From Octopus sinensis (taxonomy: Eukaryota): a stretch of DNA of 64,000 bases. The notes beneath the pieces are model-generated. The model ran no database searches. It saw only the letters and a program-made list of their open reading frames with translations, and was not told where the DNA came from. The position numbers were made by a program, and so were the translations under genes. Shown here in pieces: positions 1 to 12,968 of this stretch (within the stretch, counting starts at the first letter, position 1; every line of letters begins with the position of its first letter). The DNA is taken from NCBI RefSeq assembly GCF_006345805.1, contig NC_043005.1, forward strand, positions 93,186,001 through 93,250,000. The letters run 5' to 3'.

Positions 1-925
1 ATGTTAACTTACTTCAGTTTAGTATTTGCATATTTTAATCATGAATTTTGTAAAAGATCAAACATCATATAGAGATAAAAACAGATGCTGTATCATAAGA
101 GTATCATTAGCGTACGTGCTTAAATCTTCAGAACTGACTTTCTAAATGGAACATTTTGTCATTGGTTACAAATGGACAACTTCCTTGTGTTTTTTTTCTC
201 ACCAGTGGCTGATAACGAGTTAAGCTCTATGGTTATATATTGAGCACTAATATCTGGATAAATGGTTCAGTAATTACTAGTTGAAATATCTTTTGTTTTT
301 GAATGAGTAGTATTTATATGAATATAGTTCTATTAAAGCTTAGTCAATGTTTTAATATTTCTTAACTGGTTTAATAGTGATCTGATGATTGTATTTGAAA
401 CTTCATTACTGACTTATAACTATTGCTATGGTATATTTCAACATTTCACCATTGACTTATCCATGTTTTAGCCCAACCCACATATGAATGGTGTCCTCAT
501 TTATTACACTTAAAATCATTGGAATAACCTTTCAGCTGGTCTCTGTCAATTTAATTTGATTGATGATATATCAGGAACCTTCCCCAAACTTTTCTTATTC
601 AATTACATTTACTGCCGCCCTGAGAATCTTCATATCAGCTATTGTTCTTTCATACAAATTGGTCTATCCTCTCTTTATTTTTTCAACAGTATCCTGGTTT
701 CCAGTCTCTAAATATAGGCTCTTCTCTTGTTAAATACCTTCATTCATGCAACTGGCCAGTCCTTTCATGAGCTGCCATAGTACAGAGAATTAAAATTCTA
801 GTTTCTGTAGAGTGAAGCTAATCTGGGCCATATTTAGTTCCTAAACTGGTTCATACAAATTTTAGAACTAATAAAGCTAAGTTAAGAAATGTTAACAATA
901 CTGTGACATTTGCTACAGCTTAATC

Positions 926-1138
926 TTAACCTTTTCAATACCAACTGAACTGAGTCTGCCCCAATTTCCTGTTTTCAAGTGATCGAAATTAAAATCTTCC
1001 TTCAAGATTTCCTACTAATTTATGTTCCAAACACCAGCTTAATAACGACCAAAGTCATTTTATTAAATTCATTATCTTCAAAATTAATCGAAACAAAAGT
1101 ATTGCATTTCAACAGAAATGTGGTAAGACAAGCATTAA
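926..1138. mobile_element. Degenerate piggyBac-like non-autonomous element (TTAA-bounded); related copy about 25170-25378
   Basis: TTAA-CCTTTTCAATACCA ... TGGTAAGACAAGCA-TTAA weak TIRs; internal sequence recurs near 25200-25378. Confidence 0.4.
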
Positions 1139-1554
1139 TATGGTAGGCATTCTTGAGACGTAAGCCTTGTTGTTGATATCAAACTCAACATTTATGCTTT
1201 AGTGATTTGCCATTTTAACATATGGTAGCACATAAGTGAAAAATATTTAGAGCTGATATAACTTGATACTCTCTCTCTCATCTCATTCGATACCCTGACC
1301 CCAATGTTTGTTTTGTCTGTCCTTGTATCATCCCCTCTTTTTCTCAACCTTATGGTGAATAAAGAAATACTCTCTCTCTCTCTCTCTGTTTCTCTTTATT
1401 TTTAAAACTATTATAAATTATTTTAAATATTTGCATATGATGCTAATGATGTTGGCAGTGATGATGTTGAATCTATAGATTTGCAATCTGTTGGATTCTA
1501 TATTATTGTGGTGTGTGTGGATTTGTGCATGTATAAGCTATGCTCATGTATGTG

Positions 1555-2225
1555 TGTTCTGTTGTCAAAGGTTACTCCTCAAAATATGGGGTTGGTTTAG
1601 TTTGTCTGACCTGATAGGTTTGAAGGTGATTTATGAATTTTCTCTGGGTTAGAAATCCTCACCCACTTGAAGGGTACATATAGGTGTGTTTGGTGTTTGG
1701 CATATTGGCAGCTGTAGCTTTGTACAGGGAACACTTGCTCTTAGCAGCAGCATTTCTTATGTTTTTTGCTGTTTTGGTACCATTGTAAGTCTGGCTACAT
1801 AATTTGTATTGGTTTTGGACAAGCAATCACAATGTTGAGGTTATTAACGGCTTTTAAGCGGGTCTCGAATTTTTCACTCCCATCCCCCCACCTATATGCC
1901 CAGGCCATTTCACCTGCATGGAGCATGCTGGTTATTGAATAACTTGGGATGTTGGTTTGCTGAGGTACTCCGGTGAATGTGCAGGATGCTGTGGAGACAC
2001 CTGGTGTGAATATGCTTGAGAGGTCTTGTCTGTTCTTTACAGACAGTGCAGTGGACCTTTAGTTTGGTGGAGAAGTGGATTCCCCTGTGCTTCAATACAT
2101 TCTCTTGCAGTATTCTGAAGACCGTGCTGGCTTTGGAGATCCTGTTGTTAACTTTTTCAAGAGTGTACTGCTGAGCTAGGTGACCCTATCAACAAATGGG
2201 GTAGCCCCCTACCCCATTTGTCATG
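1555..2225 (-). mobile_element. RTE-clade LINE, decayed 3' fragment
   Basis: Minus frames read ..KVNNRISKASTVFRILQENVLKHRGIHFSTKLKV..HTRCLHSILHIH.. and a degraded C-terminal C2H2-like remnant (..G*GFLTQRKFINHL). Confidence 0.75.
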
Positions 2226-2235
2226 ACTTGTAGCT

Positions 2236-2266
<31 letters not shown>

Positions 2267-2594
2267 ACATGATTTCTTACGTAAGCATAAAGCCTGAAGA
2301 TTGGAGGAGGGAAATACTTCATTATATCGACCCCAGTGTATGACTGATATTATCAACCTCCCAGAAGAATGGAGGGCAAAGTTATCATCTTGAGGATTTG
2401 CACTCTGAACATAAGTAGCTTGGAAGAAATATTCTAATGCTCTCTCTCATACATCAGTGCACTTCGCCTTATCATCATCTTCACACACACAATCATCTAC
2501 CAAACATACATGCCAATATGCTTTGTTCACTCTCATTAGTAGTAACACTACATTATCACTGTCTCCTTCTATTCCCTTACACATTAATTTTCCT

Positions 2595-2626
<32 letters not shown>

Positions 2627-3173
2627 TTTGAGTATTTCCATTATCCTTACTTTCTTTTGCCCTTCCTCCACCTCTGTTGGCTGAATAAAGCCATTCCTTA
2701 CACTTTTACCAAATCTGCTGCCATTTTTTATCTACTTAGCTGCTTTTACTATAAATACTGTTTTTCACATACCCTCCCCCCTTTAATGTTCCAGTCGAGG
2801 GACCACTGTCTCATGTGTTGAATTCCTCACAGCATAATGTCATTGCACTCTTGTTCAATGCTTTCCAATCTGGGAAATATCAGCACAAAAATAATTAAAA
2901 AAGAAGTCTTTTACATTTGTGTAATTCTTCTTTCTTAATCGTTGGACAAGCTTAAAACCATCTTTTTTTTATTATTATTAAAAGTGGCAATTATTTTGCT
3001 CTTTTTTCATCCACACAAGGAGGAAGTGTTGTACTCTCCACCACTCTTAGAAAAAACTCTCCTCTTGTTTGTCGTTTTCTGGGTTTTTTCTTGAGACTTT
3101 TAGGATGGACACACACACACACACACTCACACACACAGATAATAAATGTAATTATTGGTATTTTAAGCATTAT

Positions 3174-3263
3174 AAAATATACGTTTCAGTGAACTTGGCA
3201 TTACTACTCAAGGCAATTAGTCAGAGGTTGCATAATACACTTGACTCACTTCTTCAGCATTGT
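3174..3263 (-). ncRNA. Decayed hammerhead ribozyme motif
   Basis: Minus strand ACAATG-CTGAAGA-AGTGAG...TTCACT-GAAACGTA-TATTTT; stem II 6 bp; stem I has one mismatch and one GU pair. Confidence 0.55.
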
Positions 3264-3330
3264 CGGTGAAATGTATGGAGTGTAGAACTTTTGACATGAA
3301 TAGCACCTTGCTGTGCACTTTTATATTGTG

Positions 3331-3371
<41 letters not shown>

Positions 3372-3946
3372 CATAAGGTAGTAAAAAGTTGCTGGTTATT
3401 TTACAAATAAAAAACTTTACAGGATTCCATTCTGTTGGTGGTGTTTGTCACAAGTGTTAGCTTGTATTTCTTAGAGCATATACCTGTGTTTAAAGTTTCT
3501 AATTTAATATATTTGTCTTGGCTTGTTACTATTTCCATCAAAAATAGTTTTCAAATTTTGTGTAGAAATTTTAGCCTTTACATTAAAATTTTAATCATTA
3601 GTTAATTATTTTTGAAATGAACTCGAAAGCAAGAAAAAATTAACGGAAAGCAAAGAAAACACCAAGAGGTTAGTTATATGTACTCGTCTTAAATTTCTGC
3701 TTTTCCCTCCAGCCCCACCACCACAATCACTGCTTTCCATTCTATTTCTGAAATATTTAATGTACCATTGTCTTTTTTTTTTTTTTTACTTTACTTTCTC
3801 TCCCCTCTTTGAATCTCAGGTAGGTCTTATGATGATGGTAACTGTTTCAATTTTCTTTGTTTTCACTCTTCTATCATGGTATCATGTTTCAGAGACATAA
3901 AAATGACTGAACTTTGGTAAGAATAGCTTTTGCATTATTATTATTA

Positions 3947-3978
<32 letters not shown>

Positions 3979-4253
3979 ATTATTATTATTATCATCATCA
4001 ATTATTATTATTTAACTATAGTTATATTTTCTGTTTTGAACGCTCTAAGTTTCATGCATTCCAATGAAGAACTTTTTTTTAATGTTTATTAGCAACAGAG
4101 ATAATATTTCTCCCCATTCAAATTTGGATGTTCTGTTAGAACAAACTATACTGCAGCAGAGACCCTGAGAGAATCCCTCATACTGGCTTTCGGTGCAAAA
4201 TTTGCTTTTGTTTATATGGCATGATCTGCTGGTCTCACATCTCATTTCATGTA

Positions 4254-4308
4254 ATACTGATGGTTAATAACGTCTGTAGTATTTATGAATAAAATTCTCA
4301 GCTTCAAG

Positions 4309-4349
<41 letters not shown>

Positions 4350-4371
4350 GTGTGTGTGTGTGTGTGTGTGC

Positions 4372-4408
<37 letters not shown>

Positions 4409-4409
4409 C

Positions 4410-4450
<41 letters not shown>

Positions 4451-4451
4451 C

Positions 4452-4484
<33 letters not shown>

Positions 4485-4690
4485 CATATATATATATATG
4501 TGTGTGTGTGCCTTGACCCGAGCTTAGAATGGGGCTCACCCCTTTGAGCTGGGAAATGAATGGAATGCCTGGTGTGTGTCTTGTTGTGGCTACCCACTCC
4601 TAAAAAAAAAACAAAATGAGGAATAGGCCTGGATATATGATATGAAGTTACATATCTACACACCATACTTCAATATCTACATACCATATC
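4254..4690 (+). repeat. Dispersed repeat copy 1 with an inserted compound (TA)n/(TG)n array at about 4311-4510
   Basis: Aligns by eye with 6479-6730 (gtatttatgaataaaattctcag..ccttgacc..gagctgggaaa..gaatgcctggtgtgtgtcttg). Confidence 0.85.
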
Positions 4691-6478
4691 TCAATATAGT
4701 CATACAAACAAGAGTGTACATTGTACCAAAAAGCCAGTATGAGAATTTCCGCCGTGGTCACTGCCACAGTAAAGTTTGTTCTAATAAAACATCCACGTTT
4801 AAGTAGGGAGAAATGTGTGTTTATGGTATGACTGTTATTTTCACTGCTACTAAAGGTTAGCTCACAGTTCTATACTAATTTCGTAACTTGGCAGTGACAT
4901 TTGTTTTCAAAATAATTTTTTTAATAGAAACTAAGAACAATAAAATGCAACCAAAGATGTTGGAATCTGGTGTGTGTTATGGCTTGCTTTAAGCATTGTT
5001 ATCTCTTCTTGTCTATGTGATTGACTTAGTTCTGAGAAAAACTTTCAAGTTGGCTATTTTCAGGAAGTTTTATCAAACATAATAGATCTTCTACATGTTG
5101 TCCAATTCTTATCCATAACATTTTGTTTTCCTGTATTTTAGATTCTTTTAGGATTTGCTAATCCTAACGAGTTACCATTGTTGTTGACTGGTTTTTAATA
5201 ATTATGGAAATTAGCTGAGCCAATTCTTGTTTTAGTATTCCTCTAGACATTCTCTTCTTTAAAAGTATTTTCCACTAGTGCACTCACCATTAACAATTCA
5301 AATGTTAAAATTAGAATGAAAGTATTTCTTTAGAAATCTTTGCAAAGAATAATAGCCTTATGTTAAGATTCTTCATGTTTTATTTTCACTTCTTCTGCAA
5401 CCAATTGGTTGTGTCTTTTATTAGATGCATTTCTGTTTTTGTATAAGTTTCAAGTCATGATTTATTATCATTGCAATGTTAATCTTGTCTCTTAGTTTCC
5501 AAGCTTCATGATATTTTCAAATATATTTCTTAATAATTACTGGAAATTTAGTTAACTGGAAATTATGATTTCTTTTAATCTGCAGGATATTTATTGTTAG
5601 AAATTTTGTTATTCTTCTCTGTGGGCTGCCGTTCATTTAATTAGGAAACTGTATTATTAGTTCAGCATGAAAATTTGTTATTTTTGTAGCTTTTCATCTT
5701 GTAAGTTGTTCCCAGTTGTGCATATCTATTAATTAAAAGTTCTCAGATGGTTTCATCAATTTGCTCACAATATCACCTCAGAATATTTAATTTTAGAATT
5801 TACTTTATTGTGAGAGAAACAAACTAGTAAAAATAAATAAAAGAGACATTTTCTAAGAATAAGTCAGCTAAAAATGCCTGACAGGAATGAAGCAAAATGC
5901 TTTTCCTTGAATAGAAATTTTAATTTTATTTAGAATAGCACTCCAAATATCATGACGATTAATTTTTGTAAGAGATATTTCAGTTATAATTATTGGTTTC
6001 TATTTTTTGCCTTCTATGTAGTTGTTTAGAGGTGTTATATGAAGTATCTAAACTATTTTGAGAACATGCAATTTCCAGTTTCTTAATCCAACAATGACTG
6101 CTGATTCTCTGCGTGGAAACTCAGTCTTTATTTATTTATTATTACTTTTTTTTTTTTTGTTTCTTAATGCAGTTCTATTTGAGCAAACCTGAAGCTTTGA
6201 AAGACTTGATACAGTCAAGAAGAGTTTGCTGCTGCTGCTGCATGGTGTGTGCTATTAGGGGTCACTTGTAATGCATGGTTGTGATGATAAATTCTTGCTG
6301 CTGTTTTTAGGATCATTTGAATGCTATCTGAAGTTTAATGTGTGCCATTAGATTAGAAATCTGCTTACATTTGTTTATGGAATCGGTTTTTAGAACCAAG
6401 TCTGGTGATTGTTTCTTATGTTGTGATCAAAACTAACCTGGTCTGTGTGTCTTTCTTTAGTTTATATCTCACTTCAAA

Positions 6479-6960
6479 TAATATTGATGGGTTAATAATG
6501 TCTGCAGTATTTATGAATAAAATTCTCAGTTTCAAATGATACATATGTTCTATGCCTTGACCTGAGCATAGAACGGGGCTCGCCCCCTTTGAGCTGGGAA
6601 ACGAATGGAATGCCTGGTGTGTGTCTTGCTGTGGCTAACCCCTTCTTAAAAAAACAAAAAAGAAAAGTGAGGAATCGGCCTGGGTATATATGATATGATG
6701 ATATATATCTACACACCATACCTCCATATAGTATGGAATGAGTTCCCCATGGACAGGCCACTGATATTAAATAAAGTGTGCAGCACAAATGGTGCAGCCA
6801 ATTGGTACTTCCACTTCTTTGTAGCATTTCATGTGTATATAAGCAGAATGACTACTTATCTGACTGGAATTCATTAAGTGATGTAGACATTCCTGATGAG
6901 GGACACTAATAAGGGTCAAAACTTGAGTGAAGATTTTCCCCATTTTTTTTCAGTCTAGGT
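6479..6960 (+). repeat. Dispersed repeat copy 2, longer, ending in a hammerhead-like motif (possible Penelope pseudo-LTR)
   Basis: Same-orientation homology to 4254-4690 over the first ~250 bp. Confidence 0.7.
6887..6934 (+). ncRNA. Decayed hammerhead-like motif
   Basis: ACATTC-CTGATGA-GG-GACAC-TAATAA-GGGTC-AAAAC-TTGA-GT; the changes fit CpG decay of GTCGAAACTCGAGT (inference). Confidence 0.4.
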
Positions 6961-7376
6961 AAATAGGTAAAATTGACTTTTTTGTATGTCTACTATGTAG
7001 CTTTACATCTACAGTCATTTTTTTTAATTCTTAAACTACTTTTTGCTCCAAGTCGTTTGGCCAAATCAGTTTAAATGATCAATAGCCATGAAATTTATAT
7101 TGTTTTTCATTAAATTTAATCTCAATTAAAACCCATTATTTAACCAATCAATAGGATCTTTAAAACTCTACTCACTCTCATCATTTATCAGATAGTTTGA
7201 CTGCAACAGTTGGCTTGCAATATCTCTTTTCCCCATTATAAGTATTTCCGTTATTTATTATTCACAACTGAAGTTTGAAAATTTGTCCTTTATCTTCACT
7301 TAATGTGTTGTTTTTTTTAATGCATATAACACACACTCACATACACACACACACACATACACACACACACACACAC

Positions 7377-7418
<42 letters not shown>

Positions 7419-9774
7419 CTTACACACACACATGTATAATCTTATGTAGAATATTCAATCATTTTACTTATTTGCTAGATGTGATTCTAGTTCTTCAGTA
7501 ATTTTCATTGGATTACATGGAATTTCAGTAGAGACTCTGTGATTGCTAGTGCCTATTTTGGTTTTGGTATTGTCTTTATTTAGTGTGAGTCAGGTAGCAG
7601 TAGACAGTGATGCAGCCCACTTAGTACACCTGTTTGTTTGTCTCTACACTTAAACGAACAAAATACAAATTAATGTATATTGTTCCAGTTTTAACTGCAT
7701 TATCATTTTCTTTGAATAAGTTGCTTTCTTTTCTTTCTTCAGTTGAGACTTTATTTGTTTGATTTCTGTATAGTTAGAAAATTTCTTTCTGGCTTTCTCC
7801 TTTATGATGTTTTCTTTCCATAGAAATAATTATCTTCTTGTAATTTTTGGAAAATGGACACCTACCACTTAAACTAGATCCAGCTGTATGCACATTTTCT
7901 CAAGGAACTTTAAGACTGCCGAGCTCAAGTTGACCGTTTCCATTTGTGTCTCACTGTTGTGCCTGTACTCATTCTAGATTGCATGGTTGTTGCCAGATAG
8001 TTCCCTCCGTTTCTTGTGTGTCCTCTCTCCTTTTTTTTTCTCTCACTCACTCTAATTGTATTAAACTGTTACTGAAAAATGAAAATGTTAGTTTATCTAT
8101 ATTCTGTTTTGATTTAGTTTGAAAACACTCAACCTTATCAATTTTTTGATATTGCTAATTTACAGTTCAGAAAAGAAAAGAAGAAAAGAAAGAAAAACAA
8201 ATTAGATTTCTCTCTTTAGTTTCACTACTTTTTAGCAAAAAACTGCTAGTTATTCCCCTCTGAGACTTTTAGAGTTCATTTGGCAAAATTGTTCTTAGTC
8301 TGTAACACTATTCCATTGGGTATTTTCTTGAATTATCGAAATCCTCGTCAATAAATATTTCTTTTATATTTTTCTACGTGGGTTTTATTTGATTTCTTTT
8401 CAAGAAAACAAAATTCTCATTTATCATCCATCTTTATGCTAATTACTCATTTGTCCTTGTCCATCTTCAGACATTTTGCTCCCTGGTGATTGATCACTAT
8501 TCAATGCCTTTTAACAAAGACTCCAACAATTTTGACAAAAAAATATCAATTTTTCAAAGCCTTTTTGTTATCATTTATTTAATTTGAGAAATATTGCACA
8601 AATACTGAAATTTTAATTCAATTATTCATTTTATTTTTCTCAAAATCAATTTGTATTGATAGTTTTTTTTTTTGTTTTTAAATTTTTACTGAATATCTGA
8701 TCTTTCAACAGCTTACATAAAACTAGACTCTGTTCAGCAACATAACATTGTTAGAGGGATCGAGCTGGAGCACTCGATATCAGAACAGCCCTGTCGTAGT
8801 TTGTTGCTTACTTTGCTGTTCTCAGTATTAACTTTTATCTTTACCTTTCACTCATCTCAAGTTTATAAAATAAATACAGCAGCACCATATTATGGTTCAT
8901 TTCATTGATTTTTGCCTTTTACTTTAATTATGTAGTTTATACAAATGAAATAATTACTGTTTCAAATTTTAAGAGATTCTAATGATGTGCAGGATGCAAT
9001 TTATTTGCAGCTTAATGAGTCACCAATAAAATTTATGAGATTTTCATCAAATGAGGATAACAATATGTAAACAAACAATTTTCTTTTTTTTCCTTAGGAA
9101 TAACTCTTAGTTCTGGTGTATTTGTTATTGTCATCATTTTGATGTCTGCTTTTGCCTGTGAGCCTGGGTTGGACAGTTTATTTAGACAGGTTTTCTACAG
9201 CCAGATGTTCTTCCTGTCACTAACTGTCACCAGAAAGGTTCTCAAAGAATGGTGAAATGAAAGACACTGCTTGTATAACAGTGATACTCATTTACAACTA
9301 TGACATGATATCAAGACAAGGAGACACATTCCTTTACTTGAATATGTGTTATTTTGCATTAGCTTTCTGATGTTGTCCTCAAAAAATACTAAACAGTATG
9401 TATAATGAGCAATCAACCAAACTAATTATTCTTCATTCCACTTAAGACATTCATTCTACATATTTCTTAAGATTTCTTGTTTGCTTTGTTTTTGTTAAAG
9501 AGTTTGTAGTTCATGCTGTCTATCGACATTGTTGGTGCTTGTTGAATGAATGGCAATGTTAACATTTTAATTTCTCCATCCATGATGTCCGATCGCTGTC
9601 ACAGGATGCAGTAAAGTGTTTTCCTTTGTGTTCCATTGTATTTCTACATCCAAATGCATTTGAACCAAGTTCAAAGCCAAGTTCCAAACAACTGCAATGG
9701 CGAAATGTATGCAGGAACTAATAATTCATACTTCTATTAATCTCAAAGTTGCGTGTGTGTGTGCATACACACAC

Positions 9775-9920
9775 ATGACAAGGCTTTTTTCAGTTTCCAT
9801 GTACCAAATTGACTCACAAGGCTTTAGTTGGCTTGGGGCTATAGCAGAAGACACTTGCCCAAGGTACCACACAGTAGTACTGAACCTAAAACCATGTGGG
9901 TGGAAAGCTTCTTACTACAC
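9775..9920 (-). mobile_element. tRNA-derived SINE, 5' half
   Basis: Reverse complement of the SINE head and body seen at 26630-26790 (cttgggcaagtgtcttctgctatagcc). Confidence 0.8.
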
Positions 9921-9934
9921 ACACACACACACAC

Positions 9935-9964
<30 letters not shown>

Positions 9965-9967
<3 letters not shown>

Positions 9968-10178
9968 AGAGGTGCAGAAAAGTTCCTGGCTTTAGGTAAA
10001 AGAAAATACAGGAAGATCAGTTAATTATGATTTTATTCAGTGTATTCCCCTCTCAGATTCACAAACTTATTGCAGCAGTCCTTCAATTTTTGTTACCCCT
10101 GTAAAAGAACTCAGAATGTTGGGCCTCCAACTGGGCCTTTCACCACACCCTTAAAGCCTGGAACTTTTCAGCACACCC

Positions 10179-10181
<3 letters not shown>
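9965..10181. mobile_element. Tc1/mariner-derived MITE, copy 1
   Basis: TIRs ..ggtgcagaaaagttcctggcttt / aaagcctggaacttttcagcacacc..; homologous to 41647-41863. Confidence 0.85.
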
Positions 10182-10214
<33 letters not shown>

Positions 10215-12641
10215 AAAACAATTTAACTTGAAACTGAGGAATTACTCAATACTTTTTCATGGAGTCCATATTTATTAAGTTTTGCTTGGAAAATGTTGAT
10301 ACTGAATTCAAAGTTTCCACGTCCTTGTCTTCATCAGGCAGTCTGCTAAAAGCAAGCAAGCCAAAACTTTACCTATAGCGGAACAGTAAACTCTGCGTGT
10401 GTGTGTGTGTAGGTTCAGGCATGGCTGTGTAGATAAAAAGTTTGCTTTGCATCCCTGTAGTTTCAGGTTCAGCTGCACTGCACGACACCTTTCTATAGCC
10501 CTGGGCCAACCAGTTTGGCATACAAGAATAAAGCCTTTTGTGTGTGTGTGCATGTATGAGGGTAGGAAATGTGTTTGAGAACAATAAAACAGCATGTTTT
10601 AGTCCCCAGGTTGTGCCAGAGCAGGAAGTTAGTTATAAGAATGAGCTTCATCAAGTGATTATGAGGATAAAAAAGACAAATAAACAAAGTAGGAATGTAT
10701 TTACAGGAAAATGTATAGAAAAATTATCGATTTTTAGAGATCATTAATGCAAAATTATACAATTTCATTACTATTCTCTAAAATATTCTAATTGACTGGC
10801 CCTGTCCCCCAAAATTTCAGGCCTCATGCCTAGAACAGAAAACAATATTCTGAGACCTTATTACATAATATATAGGTTTATGGAACCAGTCGTTGCTCAT
10901 CCAGAACATCTGTAATGATAAGACTATTGTATCATTTCTTTTGTTTATTTGTTTTCTCAACTTTCCATGTAAATACATTCCTTGCATCTACTTATGTTTA
11001 TCTCCCAGTTTTACTTGTGTGTGTGTGTGTGTGTGTGATCGTATGAAATCTCACTGGATGCAGTTGTTATTTCTCTGTCAACAAATCCCCGCTTTCGAAG
11101 ACAAGTGGAATGTAAACTCCTTTACATGTAAGACAGGGTTAGGGTTTGCTCACTGGAAAACAAACCAGTTGTAAAAACAAGGGGCTTCTCCAACAAATAT
11201 ATTGTCTAACCCATGCTAGCATGGCAAAATGGACATAGAATGAATGAAGAAACAAATGAATATATATAAAATTTAAAAGATTTCTCTTGAAAGTATCAAT
11301 TCTAAAGAGTTGTTTACCATTGGCTGTATTTAGGATTAGTGCATTAGTTTGAGTATTAACCAGGCTTTGTAAATGTATTTCTATGAATATTAGGGAACAG
11401 CTTATTCCGATTCCTGTGTTCAAATGTGGAGTGAATGTTCAATCTGTCTTAACTGTATTCTCGGCCCCTACGGTGTACATTATATTTACTGACAGCAATT
11501 CACAGCATGTATAGATTAACAATCAGGCCTCTAGACTTGTGATGTCTCCAAGGAAAACAACGCACTGGGCCCTATAGTATTCATTAACAGCATTGGGTCA
11601 CTTAATCCATGGCACACCCAGACAACTGCTCTGCATGTCCATACCTCAACATACCTAATCTATATTTTAAATGAAATAAGATGTTGTGATCTTGATGCTT
11701 TTTGCAAAAAAATATTTGTAAAAAGAGCTTCAACCTGTGCCCAAAGTTATGTCATAGTCTGGCCAAGAGAATTTACTTCTTACAATTGAAAATACTGTAG
11801 CAAGCAATAGAATCAGAACCACCAGGCAGAATGAACGTCCAATGCATTCTTAATCTCGCTAAAGCCATTTCACTTGACTGCATCTAATAAATGTACTTGA
11901 GAAATGCATGACTCTTTCAAATATGTAATTTAGCCACCTTTAGAATACCGGCTCTTATGCTGCCTCCTAAAAGGAAACAAATATTAATGGACACATTGAA
12001 CCAAAGTCTATCAATACATGTGAAATTGTTTGTTACATATTTATCTTTTCAGTTTCATTTTTACATTCAACTATTCTTTATTTTGTGGCTTCTGTTTGAC
12101 TGCTTAGTAAAGTTTAATCTGTGGAAAATTGACAAATCATACTGTGTTTATGTGTTTAATGAGTTGTTTAAATTACTTTTCTTCTCAATCATATAGGAAG
12201 GAAGCCATTCAACATTTTCTTTGAAAAGATAACTGTCATTAAATTATGGAATTTAAAAAGAAATGTTTGCATTTGTGTAACCCTTGTATATAACTTCATG
12301 TTTATTATTTATTTTAATTTTATATTTATTTTTAATTTTACAGCTTACCCTGACAAAAATTTATTTTATTTCTCTGTGTTTTGAAATTTCACAAATTTCT
12401 ATTGACTGTTAACTGTCATATATACATACATATATATATATATATATATATGATGATGATGATGATGATGAAGAGACACCGTTTCTTTTTTTAATATGTT
12501 GAATTAATTTTTACATGTTGGTCAGAATTCTGCTGCCTACTACTACTACTACTACTGCCATCATCACCAATCCCAGTAGCTGGTGCCAGCTACTTGCCTC
12601 TAGGCATGCTTGTAACAGTGTTGTCATGTTCTTGTTTGCAG

Positions 12642-12776
12642 CATCTGAACCTAATATACTTAAAGTGCGCTCAGCTCTGAAACAGAAAGTTATGGAACGG
12701 CGCATAACACACAGTCCAATGCTGCGGCGGAAGGATAAAGGCCCCTTGCCGCTCAAACGCAAATCACCTCTGTCAA
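12642..12776 (+). CDS. HDAC4: HDAC4-like exon: (A)SEPNILKVRSALKQKVMERRITHSPMLRRKDKGPLPLKRKSPLS; first 14-3-3 serine and NLS
   Basis: ttgtttgcag|CATCTG ... TCAA|gtatgt; 135 nt, phase 1-1; resembles vertebrate [29 protein letters not shown]. Confidence 0.96.
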
Positions 12777-12921
12777 GTATGTATTTATGTGGCATAATAG
12801 ATACAAATACTTTCCAATCATATTTATTACACTTATTATTATTATTATAAAAAAAAAATCATATTCTATATATTAGTTACTGTTCCTTTTTCTGTCTCAT
12901 GTCTACATAAATACATGTGTG

Positions 12922-12968
<47 letters not shown>

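Noticed and set aside
708-717. Perfect MEF2-type site CTAAATATAG (possible feedback site)
   Set aside because: Such AT-rich motifs are expected many times by chance at this base composition
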